Positions 61,037 through 64,000 of a DNA stretch of 64,000 bases are shown here, one piece after another; positions within the stretch are counted from its first letter, which is position 1, and each line of letters opens with the position of its first letter. Source of the DNA: Euglena gracilis (lineage: Eukaryota); NCBI GenBank assembly GCA_039621445.1, contig CP154954.1, positions 13,868,387-13,932,386 on the forward strand, given 5' to 3'. The translations under genes and the position numbers were made by a program. A model generated the notes under the pieces. The model did no database searches and was not told the origin of the DNA. It saw only the letters and a list, made by a program, of their open reading frames with translations.

Positions 61037-61825
61037 CACACACAGACACACACACACACACACAGACACACGTGCACACATTGAAAAATTTGATTAGGGC
61101 TTTCAACAGTAAAAATAACAAGCGGCTCAGAGAACAGTGGATAATTATGTCCCCTGTATTCCAAGTCTTCCACCCTGTGCAGGCTTTTTTTCAGAATGGA
61201 GTTTCGCATCTCTTTCACATTTGCACTGACACTTGTACCTTGGTGAGGCTCCAAAATTTTTCTCCGTCGCATCTTGGCCTAATCTGAGGATTTTCCATCC
61301 CTCCCTGGATCGCCCAGTTTGGATCTGGCAGAGGGAAAAGGGACCCTGTCCGTCACCCCCTGTCCAAAGCTTGTCTGGGACGTTGCGACCCTAAACAACA
61401 GGAAAAGCTTTTCGAGAGCCGTGTTTTCAGATGCTGTGTTGCTGATGCCAAATCACCCAGCAGTATGAAGCAGCTCTCGCCCCCATTTTTTAAAAAATAT
61501 ACTTGTAGTAGCCCCAAGTGAGTGGCACGTGTGGTTTTCAGGCTATCCTCGTCCGCCAGTGAGAGTCTTATTTGGGGGGCAGCAAAGGTGGTGATCAAAA
61601 AAACAACAAAAATAAAGAAGGCTTTGGGTTTTTTCTTCTTCAAAAAAGCGCTTATGACGGTTTGAAAATTTTTTTTGAATAGAATCCCATCGACCATCAC
61701 GTTTTAGGGGACACACTTTGGGCCATTATTTAGTGCAAAAGTGCACCCAAAATTTTTTGAAATTTTTTGTGGAAGAAGATTTTGGGCATTTTTGGTTGTG
61801 AAGGTGCGTTGGGTTGGATGCGAGG

Positions 61826-62210
61826 TACCTCCCCCCCCCCTTGTCTAAGCACCACCCCCCCGGTTCTTACCCATCTTTTTACAGGTCATTGTCACGGGGA
61901 GTTTTATTTTGTGTGCATTTTTAAGGGAAATTTCTCAAAAATTTCGAAATTTCTGCAACTTCTGAGACCTGATTTGGTGAGGTATTGTTGATTTCTGCAT
62001 CCAAATGTGTGTAAGTTCAACAGTGGACCTCCAAATTAAGGGTAATTTTTCCTTTTCGGCGCGAAGCGCCGGATTTTTTTTGCAGTCAAATTTTCCCCCT
62101 TGTCTAAGCACCACCCCCCTGGTTCTTACCCATATTTTGGCAAAATAAGCACCACCCCCCCGGTTCTTACCCATCTTTTCCGGTTCTTAGACAAGGGGGG
62201 GGGGGAGGTA
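61826..62210. mobile_element. TA-terminated MITE (cttagacaagg family), copy 2, opposite orientation
   Basis: Near reverse complement of 55830-56197. Confidence 0.82.
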
Positions 62211-62562
62211 ATGTCTCGAAAAGGTTCATTTTCAAAAAAAAATGGTGTTTTCAAAAAAATTCCCTCCGTTTTTTTTAAAAAATAACACGAGCTCTAGGGG
62301 GCATTACATTCGAATTATGCTACTTCTTGTCTGCTTCCGAAATGGAAGGCCGATATCACTGATCATCACTCATTATTTTTTGATTTAAAAACCACCATTT
62401 GGCAGTCAAATGATGTTAGAACATAATATTTATGGAAAAGTATTTTCGAGCCCCAATGAATTTTTTTTGTAATGGTGCTGCATGTAAAAATCTGTATTAA
62501 AAATCTGTTTTTGTTTCTGAAAATTTGGATATTTGGGTTTCGGGTCGGTGAAGTGATTCAAA

Positions 62563-62803
62563 TAACCCCCCCCCCCTAATAGAAGCACGGGGCCGCTACA
62601 AGCGCACGTCCAAATAAAAGCGCACCCCCCCGCCGCCGAAGGCGGCGGTCCGCTATAAGCGCACCCCCCCCCCATTTTGATAGGATTTCTAAAGGAAATC
62701 AACAAAAATCACTTAGGTAGGGTCCAAATAGAAGCGCACCCCCCGCCGCCGGAGGCGGCGGTCCCCTATAAGCGCACCCATGCTTCTATTGGGGGGGGGG
62801 TTA
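62563..62803. mobile_element. TA-terminated MITE
   Basis: TIR taa-(C)n-aatagaagca / tgcttctatt-(G)n-tta, with internal aagcgcacc repeats. Confidence 0.72.
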
Positions 62804-64000
62804 GAAGTCCAGCAAGTGGAACCCCACCTGTTATCAACACTTGCATTGTCGCTTGCCCCGGCCATAATCATCTGGGTGGTGTTCATGGACCTGATGACGT
62901 CCTCCGTGGACCTGCTGCGGGGTACCACGCGGGATTCAATGGACGTCATCGTACAAAATATCCAACAGTTGCTCATGTGCAGGTTGAGGCAGTCAAGAAG
63001 ATCCAACATTCAAATTTGGATACCGGTTTTCCTTGCATCGATTGTGAAAAAGCAACCAAATTGTCACACTGAACCAGCAAAATGGTCGAAATCGCCCAAG
63101 TTGGTAAGAAATGGCAGAGAAATGTGTCAGATTGTAAATAAAATTGTCCATTATTGCATTCTTTGAATCAAAGATGAAAAATGTCTTTGATTTGTTGGCA
63201 GGTAATTCTTACGCCGGACCCCTCCCTACCCCGGTGGGGTGGGTCCAGCCAGCCAGCACTTTTTTTCCTGCTCCCAGCTGATCTGTGGACCCTCCGGGGG
63301 GGGGGGGGATTGAGAATAATTTTTTTGCAGCCTGAATTTTTTTTCGGACCGAAGTGCCGAAACTTTTTGAAAGGTGTCAAAAGTACCAGAAGGGGCCATT
63401 TTGGTACGCTTGTTTTTCCCCCCACCTGAAGAGCTCATTGCCTGAAAAATGCATCCCAGCTGGATTCGGGCTTTTTTGCTTGTTTTCGGGTTCCAGCCAG
63501 GTCCAGCCCGGCAGCCGGGTTCAAACCATCTGGACCCCCCACCCCATAGGGGGGGGGGTCCAGCCAGCACCTTTTTCCAGCTGGACGGCTGGACCTTCCC
63601 CCTGAGAAATTCCCTTGCGAATGTGGGTCCTTGGATTGACTGATTTGTCAATCCAAGTCATGGAGAGGGAGGCAAATGCCCTTGCCTGCTTGTGCCTTGG
63701 ACACCCGTCTCATACATGGACCTGAACTCACACACTTACCCCTGAAATTGTAAACCGGAACAGATATTTACTGTGTTGAATTTTTTGTGTGTTATTTATC
63801 ATTGGCTTTTTCAAAAGTAAAATTCAGATTCTCAAACAGGCCTAAAACCATTGATTTTGATACGTTTTGGTCCAAATGGCCAAAACTACAGAAATTACAA
63901 AAGCAGCTGAAACGTTTTTAAAAATGGAAAACCCTTCTCAAGAATTTCAGTTTTCAACGTCAGGTCCAGCCCTTCCTTTTCCTGTTTTTTTTTTCTGACC

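Larger units (their letters stand above)
58490..63010 (-). other. Candidate upstream exons of the minus-strand gene (about 58490-58540, 58720-58785, 60589-60660, 62828-63009)
   Basis: Coding-like islands, some with GT donors (e.g. cccag|gtaggt at about 60588) or AG acceptors (gttttag at about 58786). I could not link them into one unique frame. Confidence 0.3.

Overview
This is eukaryotic, repeat-rich nuclear DNA. The long ORFs in the supplied track are mostly microsatellite artefacts. The intron style points to a euglenid (inference). The main content is the 3' part of a + strand gene that I rebuilt by hand from 22 small exons (about 179-40762, about 1.73 kb coding). It encodes an extracellular (Cache-like) region, a TM helix, a HAMP-like linker and a class III adenylate cyclase with intact catalytic residues and a [10 protein letters not shown] tail. 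None of its 21 introns is GT-AG. Each has ends that base-pair, and 17 of 21 fit NNN-C(A)G...C(T)G-N5/6, the geometry of euglenid nonconventional introns. The window also holds CAG...CTG hAT-like MITEs with 8-bp target-site duplications whose geometry (3+5 = 8 nt) matches those introns exactly. A second gene on the - strand (at least 53023-57433) appears to mix GT-AG introns, 8- and 11-nt microexons and one 64-nt stem intron. The rest is MITEs, foldbacks, a telomere-repeat-bearing inverted element, a tandem Helentron-like element, a possible decayed LINE and microsatellites. All gene models are manual and need RNA confirmation.
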